This document shows, piece by piece, positions 1-10,910 of a DNA stretch of 30,354 nucleotides (the stretch's first letter is position 1; every line of letters starts with the position of its first letter). Below the pieces are notes generated by a model, which was not told the origin of the DNA, did not search any database, and was given only the letters and a program-made list of their open reading frames with translations. The stretch is from Octopus sinensis (lineage: Eukaryota): contig NW_021832945.1 of the NCBI RefSeq assembly GCF_006345805.1, positions 1 through 30,354 on the forward strand. Direction: 5' to 3'. The position numbers and the translations under genes were made by a program.

Positions 1-60
1 GCAAATTCACAGATAGATATGTATTTAAAATTTAATAAAAAAATAAATTCATGAATGGAT

Positions 61-805
61 GTTTTTCACAGCGATAATGCTCTTCTCAGTACATGAGCCG
101 TCCAGTTAATATGATTTTTTTGCACTTCCTGTAGGGATGGTAAGCCTGGAATCATTTTCAAATAGGTTTCAGTACCTTTTTATATCATTCCTAGAGATCT
201 TACAATCACTGGTACTGCAGTCGCATTGAGATGCCATGTTTTTTTAATTCTATTAGCAGTTCTTTATATTACTAATTTTGTCAATTCTTTCGCCGCTATA
301 TTGTGATCGCAAGGGATACTCATGTCAATTAATAAACACATCTTTTTGTCTGATCTTTTATAATAATATAGGGTTTATAGCTTTTATAATCTTGTCGGTC
401 TGCACGGGGAAGTTCCATAGATCGACACATTTCTCCCTCAGTCATAGCTTCAGGATGATGTTTATACCATTGTCAGTGGGGTTTGATTTTATAATACCGA
501 CATATTGTCCAATGTTAAACACTGGCCGACTCTGTCATGTCTTGCTTTATATTCTGCAGGTGCTAAGGACTCTACCACCCTGGATTAGGTGGTCTATTGT
601 TTCAATCTCATCGTTACAGAATCAGCATTTTGGGTTAGCTCCATTTTTTCCACATTGGCTTGGTATTCGGGTTAATAAGCTTTGGTCTTGAGCAGCTAAT
701 ATGAACCTTCACTCTCTGCTTTAGCCCTGAGCTTCGTAAACATTGGTGTGTGTGTTTCTGGTCGACATCAGTTGTTTGCGACGGGCCACATACTTGCCAT
801 GCAGA
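61..805 (-). mobile_element. 5'-truncated, frameshifted R4/Dong-clade non-LTR retrotransposon; C-terminal zinc knuckle plus restriction-like endonuclease (RLE)
   Basis: Manual minus-strand translation across several frameshifts gives PLHGKY..SGL(K)AESEG(F)ILAAQDQSLLTR..KC*FCNDEIETIDHLIQG..EYKARHDRVGQ..LWNFPVQTDKIIK..CLLIDMSIPCDHN..TWHL..VPVIVRSLGMI*KGTETYL..QKIILTG.AHVLRRALSL*, with the stop at 66-68. These are typical R4-clade motifs (AAQDQ, CCHC knuckle, IDMxIP). Confidence 0.88.
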
Positions 806-950
806 GGCATTTCGTCTGTTTTTACGTTCTGAGTTTAAATTCCGCTGAAGTCGACTTTGCCTTTCATCTTTTAGAAATCGATGAAATAATTAACTGGTTA
901 GCTCTCTTCGGCAAAATTTCAGGCGTTGTACTTAAAACAGAAAAGACTAT
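806..950 (+). mobile_element. SINE family B, 5'-truncated copy
   Basis: ggcatttcgtctg..ttctgagtttaaattccgctgaagtcgactttgcctttcatc matches the fuller copies at 8350 and 17188. It has the aaaatttcaggc tail followed by (ATT)/(GTT) repeats. Confidence 0.8.
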
Positions 951-1946
951 TATCATTATTATTTTTGTTGTTGTTGTTGTTGCCCTTGCTTTTGTTGCTA
1001 TTGCTGTTGTTATTGTGTTCGTAAGCGAAAGATGTCATTTTGGAACTCGTAAGCCATATATCTTGTGAAATTGCTAGTCTCCCTGTTGTCAACATTGACC
1101 AATGGAGGCTTTCCATGTGACAGATGACCTATTGCTTCACAATAACAGCTGCTTGAGAGCTTTCTGCTCTGAGCAGGGAGAAAGTACAGCTGTGAAAGAG
1201 AGGCGGGGAAAGGGTGACCAGTTGCAGAGCCAGCAATTACAATAGCAAGATCCAAACATTATCATTTCCAGAACAGAGAGAGAGTGAGGGGTGGACAGAT
1301 AGACAGGCGTACGGACGGACGGATATTCATTTATTCAGTATAATTTTAAAAATAATACGTCTTAATATATCGTATTATGTCATTCCTCATCCTCTTAGTT
1401 GTATATAGACGTCATTCTTTATCTCAGTATCTATGTATGGATAGGTCCTACTGACAATAAGCAGAAGAATTATTTTCGTTGTTATCATTTTAACAGGTCT
1501 TTGTGAGCATTTTCTGCGCCACCAAGTACACTCGTGTTTCTAACGAGGCTGAAGGCAGGGGGGGGGGAGGAAGGGGGGAACGACAATAACGTTGATATCT
1601 TTATTATTTTTTTTGTTTAATATATTTATTTCTCTTTTAAGATGAACCCCTTAAGTGTTGACCTGAATGATGATGACAATTATTTGAATTTCATTAACAC
1701 CTTAAGTGTGTAGAATCTCAGATGATAGTCGGTCGGTTCAATCGAAGTCCAACATGTGGTTATTTTAGGCCATTTCTGCAACTACTTAAAAAACCCTACC
1801 TATTACCGTTATCACGATCATCATTATTAACTACAAACTCATTAGACATTTCCTTCTCCTATTCGCTTTAATAATTTAATAGCATCTTAAGAGAGACTGG
1901 TCTCTCTGATGAACTCAAGATGTATACAGTCACTTCAGAAGGGAGA

Positions 1947-2012
1947 CACATACATACATAGATTCATACATATACATACCTACATATATTCATATACATA
2001 CAAACATATATA

Positions 2013-2048
<36 letters not shown>

Positions 2049-2123
2049 TTTATATATATAGATATATAGATATATGGATATACAGATATATATTCATATG
2101 GGCGAATATATATATACTATATA

Positions 2124-2158
<35 letters not shown>

Positions 2159-2180
2159 GTATGTATGTATGTATACACAA
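1947..2180. repeat. Compound (TACA)/(TA)/(TATG) microsatellite
   Basis: Visible directly. Confidence 0.9.
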
Positions 2181-2340
2181 GCACTCGTGTATATGAGTGT
2201 GGTGTGTGTGTTATTCTTTTTGTTGGTTTTTAGAGTTTTTATGAACATTCTCTCATATTTTTTGCTGATTTTGATGTTTATTTTTCATTGTTGCTTTCAT
2301 TTACTCCCCGCGTTGTCTTTGATTGTCATGTACGATTTGC

Positions 2341-2558
2341 TCACACAAACACAATCACACACACATACACATACGCACCCATTCACAGATACATATCTAT
2401 CTCTTTATCTACATCTATTTATCAATGTATCTATCGATATGTGTATGTGCGTGTGTGCATGTGTGTGCATACATATATATTCCCTCCTGAACATAAATAT
2501 ATCATATATCCACACACACACGCCCACACACACACACACACACACGTGTGTGTGTGTG
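2341..2558. repeat. Compound (CA)/(TG)/(TATC) simple repeat ending in a (CA)n-(GT)n self-inverted tract at 2525-2558
   Basis: Visible directly. Confidence 0.85.
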
Positions 2559-2639
2559 AATCCACCAAAAGAATTGGGTGGCCGAAAAGTGAATGATGGG
2601 TAAACGAATGGATTATATAGCCAATAAAGAGGACAAACG

Positions 2640-2739
2640 ATAGATAGAATAGAAGATAGATAGGATAGATAGATAGAATAGATAGATAGATAGACAGACA
2701 GACACAGACAGACAGTCAGATAGATAGATAGAATAGACC

Positions 2740-2778
<39 letters not shown>

Positions 2779-2791
2779 TAGATAGATAGAT

Positions 2792-2824
<33 letters not shown>

Positions 2825-2852
2825 ATTGATAGATAGATAATAGATAGATGAT

Positions 2853-2889
<37 letters not shown>

Positions 2890-2927
2890 AGATAATAGAT
2901 AGATAATCGATCGATAGATAGATAGAT

Positions 2928-2968
<41 letters not shown>

Positions 2969-3001
2969 AGATAGATAGATAGACAGATGGATAGATAGAT
3001 A
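2640..3001. repeat. Interrupted (GATA)n microsatellite
   Basis: Visible directly. Confidence 0.95.
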
Positions 3002-3163
3002 AGTTTCTTCATTGGCCACACAGAGCTGCACACAGATGGGACAAGTTACAAGTAGAGCTTTTCTTTTGGGGATGAAAAAAACAAAAAACAAGAGAACACA
3101 AAAGGGTGGCGTAGGTTTTCGATCAAGAGGGATCGTAAAAGGGAAGAAAAGAACAAAAAAATA

Positions 3164-3272
<109 letters not shown>

Positions 3273-3439
3273 CAGACTGAGAAAGATAGCGTGAGAGATG
3301 TAGTTAGTCCAGCTGGTGTCAGTTTGGTGAACTATACGGAAGTAAAAGCCATCCATATAAACACAACCAGATTGGTGGGTAAAAAATACATGAAACGTTT
3401 TGATTAGGAGTGTAAAGAGAGGGTTTTTATGGGAAAGTC

Positions 3440-3900
3440 TGAAAGCGTGAAGATGGTGGGCGAATAGTTGTGGCTAAGTTGGAGCGTGGTAAGTGCTGAT
3501 GGCCGTATAGATGATGGCGTAAGTGATGCTGGTGAAGGTAGTGGGGAAAATAGCTGGGATGGTAGCCGGTGGGTAAGGATGATGACGGTAGAGCAATGGC
3601 GAAGAAGGTGGCTATGGCGGTAGTGATGATGAAGATGGTGGTGGAGGTGATGGTGGTGATCGTCGTCGTCGTGGTTGTGATGGTGGTGGTAGTGGTCGTA
3701 ATTGTAGCAGTAATGGCGATATTGATCATGATGACGAGAATGGTGTTGGTGGTGATGACGGTAGTTGTGGTGATGATGGCAGCGATGATGACGATGATGA
3801 CGAAGGGAAGGAGGTTGATGATGGTGGTGGTTGTGGTAGTGGCGATGATGGTGGTGGAATAGGTGTTGGCGTTGGTGATGATGGTAGTAAGGATGGGTTC
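3440..3900. repeat. Degenerate (GGT/GAT) trinucleotide low-complexity tract
   Basis: Visible directly. It explains the poly-V/M and poly-T/I ORFs. Confidence 0.88.
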
Positions 3901-4427
3901 GCTGATTGGAGATATATTTTCCCCCTCCCGTCCTCAGAATGTTGAATAAAGTAAAAGTTGTGCTGACGAAGAATAACGACAGATAGAGAAACAGAGACAG
4001 ACAGAGAAAGTTAATGTGTGTGAGGATTGAATATTCTGTCGGGGTATGGGGTGTGTAATAAGAGTGAGAGGTGTTAGAGGCAACAGGTTGAGTATATTAT
4101 GGTGATGGTTCTTCAATGTGTCTTGGGATGACGAACGAAGAAACGGCGGAGAGAAGGAGAGGGTGTTCGACTATAACACAGATCCTCTGTATGTGTGTGC
4201 ATGCGTGTGTGCATGCGTGTGTGCATGTGTGTGAATGATGACGGTAGCATAGAATGCATACAGTAAGAAAATAAATAGATGAGGGAAAAATAAAAACAAA
4301 GTTCATTACTGTGTGAGAATGTTGAGGGAAAGTGATGCGATTTGGAAGGGAGGGTGGTGTTTAGATAAATTACGAGACCAGGAGGAGTAAGACTAAAAAG
4401 GAGGGGTGTGAGAAAGGAGAAGGTCTT

Positions 4428-4625
4428 GAAGAAGAAGAAGAAGAAGAAGAAGAAGAAGAAGAAGAGGGAAAAAAGAAGAAGAACTGGCGGTTATAATGTT
4501 GGCGGCGGCGGCGGTGGCGGTGGCGGTGGTGGTGGCGGTGGTTGCGGTGGTGGTGGTTGCGGTGGTGGTGGTGGTGGTGGTGGTGGTGGTGGTGTCAGTG
4601 CTGGTGCTGGTGGTTGTGATTACGA
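4428..4625. repeat. (GAA)n followed by (GGC)n/(GGT)n trinucleotide repeats
   Basis: Visible directly. Confidence 0.95.
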
Positions 4626-4639
4626 TAATAGTGGTTAGG

Positions 4640-4790
4640 AACTTCATTATTTTGCAACCACGTGGTTCAGGGTTCGACCTGCTGCGGACGACTTTAGGAA
4701 ATCTCTTATTTTTCTACAAGGATATAGTACCGACAAATATTTCTCCCAAAGTAATTTTCTAGATGGAAACTGCGAGAAAACCTGTTCTTC
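4640..4790 (+). mobile_element. Old degenerate 5' part of SINE family A
   Basis: caaccacgtggttcagggttcgacctgctgcgg..gatggaaactgcgagaaaacctgt aligns by eye to the family A head at 6120. Confidence 0.55.
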
Positions 4791-5102
4791 ATTACATATA
4801 TATTTACAACATTTTTTTTATAACTATGAGTATATTATAATTAGCAAAAAGTTTGCTTCACCACATACCGAAATTTAGAAATAACAGCCAACACAGCTAT
4901 TTCTCTACCATAAGAGAATATATGTATATGTATGTATATATATATATATATATAATATATATATTATATATATATATATATTATATATATAATATATATA
5001 TATATATATAAAAAAATAATAAATATTAGGGATAAATCCAATTTACAGGGAAAAATCAGATTTAGGATTAAATCCAATTTATAGTAAAATATTATAAAAT
5101 AT

Positions 5103-5336
5103 ATTATTAGAGACAAAACCACTATTTTGCAAAACAACAAGGAAAGACTTAATCAATACATAAAATTTAATAAAGTCAAAAAACCGCCACTACAATCGTT
5201 TCTTGTCTTGATCGACAATCTTCAGGTGGACTTCAATAAGTCATGGGGGGTTTTTTTTGACTATTTATAAAATTTTATGTATTGATTAAGTCTTTCCTTG
5301 TTTGTTTGCAAAATAGTGGTTTTGTCTCTAATAATT
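5103..5336 (-). mobile_element. Non-autonomous PLE-derived foldback element (about 85-bp inverted arms, hammerhead in the loop), embedded in (TA)n
   Basis: Arms 5103-5185 (attattagagacaaaaccactattttgcaaa..gtcaaaaaacc) and 5249-5336 are near-perfect reverse complements. (TA)n tracts flank the element at 4920-5010 and 5340-5386. Confidence 0.8.
5187..5229 (-). ncRNA. Minimal type I hammerhead ribozyme motif, core intact
   Basis: Minus strand reads CCAC-CUGAAGA-UUGUC gaucaa GACAA-GAAA-C gauu G-UA/GUGG. Stem I is 4 bp, stem II 5 bp and stem III 2 bp, with a GUA cleavage triplet. Confidence 0.8.
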
Positions 5337-5652
5337 ATTTTTATATATATATAATATATATATATTATATATATATATATATATATGTAGTTGTCTACTC
5401 CTCATGCAGAGTCTAACTATCTCTCATACTTAGACTTAGATCCACCATAGCTCTGATGTGGCTTTTTATATCAGACATTGTATTGAAGAAACAACCACAT
5501 AGATTGCATATCAGATTTGGTCCACCAAGAGCTGTGGTATATTAATCGAAGTGTACGGTATCCATTATGCTCGATCTTACCAATAGTTTCGCACTAGTGT
5601 TTCAACGGAGTGTTAGGTAACGTTTTGATTATGTAATTCTACACTCTTCAGA

Positions 5653-6773
5653 GATAGCGGATCTTTTTTTCTGTTTGACTAAATTTGTGGAAATTTTAAA
5701 CTTTGGTAAAAAATTTTTAATTTGGTGTATCAATATAATTTTCCACACTTGAATCTCGGGAAATTATTCACTTTTTCCAGAAAATATTTTTAAAAAGTTA
5801 CAGAGATTTAAAGTTTGGTCATTTTTAATCAGTGAGAAAACAGGATTTGTAGTTTTGTGACTGCATACGTTGTCAACTGTATATAAATGAAATATTAGCG
5901 GTATTCTACTTTTCTCACGCCATATAACACTTCGTAACTTTATTATTTTTTAGAATTTTCAGAAAATTTTTGCGAATTCGTGTTCTACACACGGGAATTC
6001 ATTTGCTTGTACAAAAACTGAAAAAAATTCGGTGTGATTTAAGGCCTATTTAGTTATTATGTTTACCACATTTTACGACCACTATTTAATAAGCGAAAAA
6101 AAATGACCACATGACCACAGGCGCAGGAGTGGCTGTGTGGTAAGTAGCTTGCTAACCAACCACATGGTTCCGGGTTCAGTCCCACTGCGTGGCATCTTGG
6201 GCAAGTGTCTTCTGCTATAGTCCCGGGCCAACCAATGCCTTGTGAGTGGATTTGGTAAACGGAAACTGAAAGAAGCCTGTCGTATATATTATATATATAT
6301 ATAGTGTGTGTGTGTATATGTTTGTGTGTCTGTGTTTGTCCGCCTAGCATTGCTTGACAACCGATGCTGGTGTGTTTACGTCCCCGTCACTTAGCGGTTC
6401 GGCAAAAAGAGACCGATAGAATAAGTACTAGGCTTACAAAGATAAAGTCCCGGGGTCGATTTGCTCGACTAAAGGTGGTGCTCCAGAATGGCCGCAGTCA
6501 AATGACTGAAACAAGTAAAAGAGTAAAAGAGTATGAGTAAGCAGCTAGGTAACATCTTGGCTTGTTACTATACGTCTGTGACTTTCGATTGGCTAAAATT
6601 ACCCAAAATTTATAAACTTTAAAAGCTATTAACTCTTTATTTATTGATTTATAACGAAAATGAATTTCATGTCAATGATTTACTTACAAAATTACACCAA
6701 TACATCAAATATGAAGTCAGTTGGAACAAAGAAATTAGAAAATAGCAGCCGAACAGAAAAGATCCGTTTTATC
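5653..6773. mobile_element. Old non-autonomous DNA transposon (MITE-like) with imperfect long inverted ends, interrupted by a SINE
   Basis: gatagcggatcttttttctgtttgac (5653) pairs with gccgaacagaaaagatccgttttatc (ending 6773). aaaagttacagagatttaaagttt (~5795) pairs with aaactttaaaagctattaactcttt (~6615). The superfamily is not identifiable. Confidence 0.45.
6120..6532 (+). mobile_element. Full-length young tRNA-derived SINE, family A (octopus-type)
   Basis: A-box-like gtggctgtgtggtaag and B-box-like gggttcagtccc, a central cttgggcaagtgtctt motif, an internal (TA)/(TG) tract and an (agtaaaag) tail. It differs from 8798-9211 at only about a dozen positions outside the microsatellite. Confidence 0.92.
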
Positions 6774-7399
6774 ATCCTTTTCACAGCAACCATAAACCGG
6801 ATGTATCTATTCACCTCCAAGAACAGAGAGCAGTCGCCATATTTCATTCCAAAAGGACTACCTCGGATTTTTTCTGTTTGGCTGCCAATTTTCAATTTTT
6901 GTTCCAATAGATTTTATATTTCAAACAGAAAAGAGCCAATGAAGCGAAACGAGCAGAAGATTAAGTTAAGCGTTATATCCCTTGCTATCAAAAACATCGT
7001 CTCTGGAGGTTGTTTTGTTGCAAGTCGGCGGGAGTTTTCTGGAAAGCAGTTTATGGGAAGTATGTGTGTCTTTAAAGTTGGTTTTCTTGTGGAAATGTAA
7101 TGTGCGTCGTGATACTGTATGACTAGCCATTGCGTTCATCTGCGTTCATTGGTGTGTTTCTTTCTTTTATGGTTAAGTTTCTTGGGGCATTTATATATGC
7201 ATGCGGTGTGTATAGAGGTACCAGAAATGGTGGGGTGTGTTGAGAGGGAATTTATTATTTGGCTGATCGCCGTGCTAGGGCGTGTGTCAGCTAGTGTATG
7301 TCCTGATGTTCTGTTCAAACTCTTTGCCGGATTCCCAAGTTTTGGTCGAGGGCCGAAGTTGGGGGACTGGTGATTATAGTCATGATGGGGCACGCGGGT

Positions 7400-7850
7400 A
7401 TGATAGGATGTACTTCTTTCATGTGAGAAGGGTTAAAAATATCACTTCTGCTGTTCAGGTAAATGCGTGGGTGCGGGGAGATCTTTAAATTCGCTCTTTT
7501 CTCAGCCAAGTATAATCTGCACTTCCTGTTGCTATTGATATACACTTTAGAATCTTCCACTTTATGCTGTACGCAGTGGCATTTTCATTCAACGATCAGC
7601 CGTGCTTGGCCAGGATTGTGGCGTTACGTCACTCCAGAATGTTGAAGGAGAATTTGTGGTTGTTACAGCGGGTTTTGAAGGGGCCTTCAGTTGTTCTCAC
7701 ATACTTTCGGACGTTTGGTTGCTCATTTGGTCCTATTATTGTTACCTCTGCCTCATATACGACAGTCTCCGTATTATAGTGGTCACTCAGTGGACATGCT
7801 GTGTTACCCCCATATGAGTATCTTGTCTCTGTCTCAGGCGTGTGACTACC
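7400..7850 (-). mobile_element. Decayed Penelope-like element, GIY-YIG endonuclease fragment
   Basis: Minus-strand ORFs 7629-7883 and 7315-7560 contain TACPLS..VVYEAEVT..KYVRTTEGPFKTRCNNHKFSF and NSNRKCRLYLAEK..YLNSRSDIFN. These match the PLE pattern CPL..IVY.A..YIG.T...FK.RY.NHK.SF..IKW.IL..C.LCL.EK..LN.R.E. The 3' UTR probably extends to about 7000. Confidence 0.85.
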
Positions 7851-8349
7851 TACTAAAACCCAACATCCTAACCACAATGACACTCACCTTCACGTTCATT
7901 TTAAACTATTTCTACAATTTTGTGATGATTTTTGTTTTGTTACCGAGGATTTACGTCATATATCTGTTGTGATATAAATACTATTTGTAAATTTATCAAG
8001 AAAAATAATGGATAATTATGACTAAATATTGGTATCATAAAACTTTCACGATGCAATATAAATAGGTTAATCCGACTGTTTAGTTATTGGTACAAAAACA
8101 AGGTGACATGATATGGAAAGAGACAAACAAGGAGAAACAAAAGGTGAGAAAGATGGAGGATGAAACATAAGTATGAAGAGCGAGATAGCGGAAAATATAA
8201 AATAATAATTGCGTTTAATACTTCCATACAACACGTACTAAAAACTAACAACAAAGTACACCAACATTACCATTCACTTCATACCAATATTACCATAGAC
8301 CAATACGATACTACCATAGAACACTCGTCAATATTGTCATGTAATATAA

Positions 8350-8559
8350 GGCGGCGGGCTGTAAAATTGTTAGCACTTCAGGCAAAATACTTAGCCGTAT
8401 TTCGTCTCTCTTTATGTTCTGAGTTAAAATTCCACCGAAATCGACTTTGCCTTTCATCCTTTCGGGATCGATAAAATGAGTACCAGTTGAGGACTGGGAT
8501 CGATGAAATCGACTTAACCCAAAATTTCTGGCCTTGTGTCAGAATTTGAAACCAATATT
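8350..8559 (+). mobile_element. tRNA-derived SINE family B
   Basis: ggcggcgggctgtaaaattgttagcac..ttctgagttaaaattccaccgaaatcgactttgcctttcatcctttcgggatcgataaaatgagtaccagt..ggccttgtgtcagaatttgaaacc; homologous to the copies at 17188, 22513 and 27255. Confidence 0.88.
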
Positions 8560-8797
8560 ACGATGCATTGTACCATAGAACACATGTCATCATTACTATG
8601 CAACATATCTGAAGAGAATAGTATTTTGTAATTATGACAAAAAGGCCAACAAGTTTGTGCGGGTGGGGTTTAGTCGATGGCACTGACTCTAGTGCACAAA
8701 CAAACCAGCACCGGTTGCCAAGCACTAGTAGGGGATAAAAAACACAAAGGTATGCATACACAATTCAAAGGACACACTATATATATAATATTTTACT

Positions 8798-9211
8798 GCA
8801 GGAGTGGCTGTGTGGTAAGTAGCTTGCTAACCAACCACATGGTTCGGGTTCAGTCCCACTGCGTGGCATCTTGGGCAAGTGTCTTCTGCTATAGCCCCGG
8901 GCCGACCAATGCCTTGTGAGTGGATTTGGTAGACGGAAACTGAAAGAAGCCTGTCGTATATATGTATATGTATATATATATATGTATGCGTGTGTGTGTT
9001 TGTGTGTCTGTGTTTGTCCCCCTAGCATTGTTTGACAACAGATGCTGGTGTGTTTACGTCCCCGTCACTTAGCGGTTCGGCAAAAGAGACCGATAGAATA
9101 AGTACTGGGCTTACAAAGAATAAGTCCCGGGGTCGATTTGCTCGACTAAAGGTGGTGCTCCAGCATGGCCGCAGTCAAATGACTGAAACAAGTAAAAGAG
9201 AGTAAAAGAGT
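8798..9211 (+). mobile_element. Full-length young SINE family A
   Basis: Near-identical to 6120-6532. Confidence 0.92.
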
Positions 9212-9289
9212 ATATATATTATATTGTTATATTTCGGAATGGCCATTTTGTCAGTTTAGCCAATAAAAACAATAAAAATCTTGCACAAC

Positions 9290-9353
9290 AAATATATATA
9301 TATATATTATATATATATATATATATATCATATATTATATATACATATATATA

Positions 9354-9384
<31 letters not shown>

Positions 9385-9445
9385 ATATAATATATATATA
9401 TATATAATTATATATATATAATATATATATATGTATGTATGTATA
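9290..9445. repeat. (TA)n microsatellite
   Basis: Visible directly. Confidence 0.95.
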
Positions 9446-9446
9446 T

Positions 9447-10312
9447 AAATTTAAAAATGAAGGTGAGAAATTAGATATTAATTTAATTAACATCGATTTC
9501 ACGCCAGTGGTCTAGCATATAAAAACTGAAGGTTCATTAAAATTGTATTATATACATATTAGAGGAAAACCACTGTGTGAGCACCCTTATACTAGAAATA
9601 GAACCGCAATTAATGGATCCGCTATTTTATTGTTTTTCTTTTGTCTTGCTCGATTACGTTTTGGTTGTTTTGCTAAATTTTTCTTGAGAACATTTCTTAG
9701 TGGTAATATCATAGCGGATCTATTTCTAGCATAAGGGTGTCCACATAGTGGTTACCCTCTAATATGTATATAATACAATTTTACTGAACCTTCAGTTTTT
9801 TTATGCTAGACCACTGGTGTGAAATCGATGTTAATTAAATTAATATCTAATTTCTCACCCTCATTTTAAATTTAAATTCAAATTAATACGTTCTCTAACC
9901 GGCAAAGTATTATTAATACGTTCTCTAACCAGTAAAGTATTATCTGCAGCATCAGTTTTTCCGGTAATTTAGCGCGCCAAAACGAGGACATTTGAAATAG
10001 TAGCCACGAGTGTAATGGGTAGGACTATTTAAAGGTCTGACTTTATGCGTACGTCATGGTATGTAGTTCTGCAAATTATATTCATTTGGGCGGTCACACC
10101 GAAGATCTACGGACATCTTACGTAAGTTAATTACGTAACATGGTGATAGTGAAACATGTATGTGAATAATCCATATTTTTATTACTTTTCTTTTGTCTTG
10201 CCAAATTATGTTTTGGTTGTTTTGCTAAATTTTTCTTGAGAACATTTCTTAGCGGATCTATTTTTAGCTTAAGTATGTCAACATAGTGGTTCCCTCTAAT
10301 ATGTGTATTATA
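9447..10312 (+). mobile_element. Non-autonomous PLE-derived or retrozyme-like element: inverted arm, direct repeat 1, core, hammerhead relic, direct repeat 2, then (TA)n
   Basis: Inverted arms lie at 9447-9607 and 9714-9873. Segment 9617-9775 is repeated directly at 10168-10312. A hammerhead relic at 10094-10165 precedes the second repeat. (TA)n flanks both sides. Confidence 0.7.
10094..10165 (+). ncRNA. Decayed type I hammerhead motif (core U4>C) with extended stem II
   Basis: UCACA-CCGAAGA-[45 nt containing a ttacgtaa/ttacgtaa hairpin]-GAAA-C au G-UA/UGUGA. Stem I is a perfect 5 bp, and stem III is the palindrome ACAUGU. Confidence 0.6.
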
Positions 10313-10371
10313 TATATATATAATATATATATATATAATATATATAGATATATATATATATATATATATAT

Positions 10372-10530
10372 ACGGTGGGCTTCTTTCAGTTTCTGACTGC
10401 CAAATGCACTCACACGACCTGAGTCCGCCTGGGACTACAGTAGAAGGATACTTAACCAAGATGTTGTGTAGTAGGGTTGAACCTAGGGCCACAAGCTTGG
10501 TAAGCAAGCTTCGTATCACTCAACCACTTA
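10372..10530 (-). mobile_element. Old 5' half of SINE family A
   Basis: cggtgggcttctttcagtttctg..ccaagatgttgtgtagtagggttgaacc..ggtaagcaagcttcgtatcactcaaccac is the reverse complement of the family A head. Confidence 0.75.
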
Positions 10531-10719
10531 GCTAATAAAACTTTTGTAAGTCAAAATATTGTCTCCATATACTTTTCCTGTCGTTGATTACAGAAAATAG
10601 CTGAACTGAGGACAACTAAAGGTCTGTGTAGACAGTGTCTTTTGGGCATTAAAGGTTGTGTGGTTACAAAGTCCGTTTTTTTAGTATGTGAGCTCGGGTG
10701 TAATATCTGCACAACGCTG

Positions 10720-10910
10720 CCACATAACACTCAGCAACACTATAATATATAATACTAACACTATCATACACCACACAACACTATCATATACCACACACCA
10801 ACACTAACATATACCACTCACCAACACTACCACACAACACGCCAATACAACACACACACGATACAATCACTTCCAGACATATCACCAACACTACCATACA
10901 CCACACCAGA
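10720..10910. repeat. Degenerate C/A-rich minisatellite (caacactaccatacaccacac-like)
   Basis: Recurrent aacacta/taccac/caccaac words. Confidence 0.7.

Noticed and set aside
278-1068. Plus-strand ORFs of 137 aa and 106 aa
   Set aside because: They are antisense or off-frame readings of the R4 LINE relic, the SINE and (GTT)n. They have no coherent protein features.
1906-1912. CUGAUGA/CUGAAGA words at 1906, 8609 and about 5645 (minus)
   Set aside because: None has a correctly placed stem II-GAAA-stem III or a stem I partner.
4393-4647. Minus-strand ORF resembling a secreted Thr-rich mucin with a hydrophobic C-terminus
   Set aside because: The Thr/Ala run is (ACC/GCC)n and the Leu run is (CTT)n. 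It is fully explained by adjacent trinucleotide repeats, with no supporting gene structure.
6063-6350. Similar ORFs at 6063, 8777 and 26863 (..EDTCPRCHAV..EPCGW..) suggesting a small gene family
   Set aside because: All are antisense translations of SINE family A.
9790-9840. gaaatcgatgtt in the arms of the 9447 foldback as a hammerhead half
   Set aside because: There is no upstream CUGANGA, and position 17 would be G.
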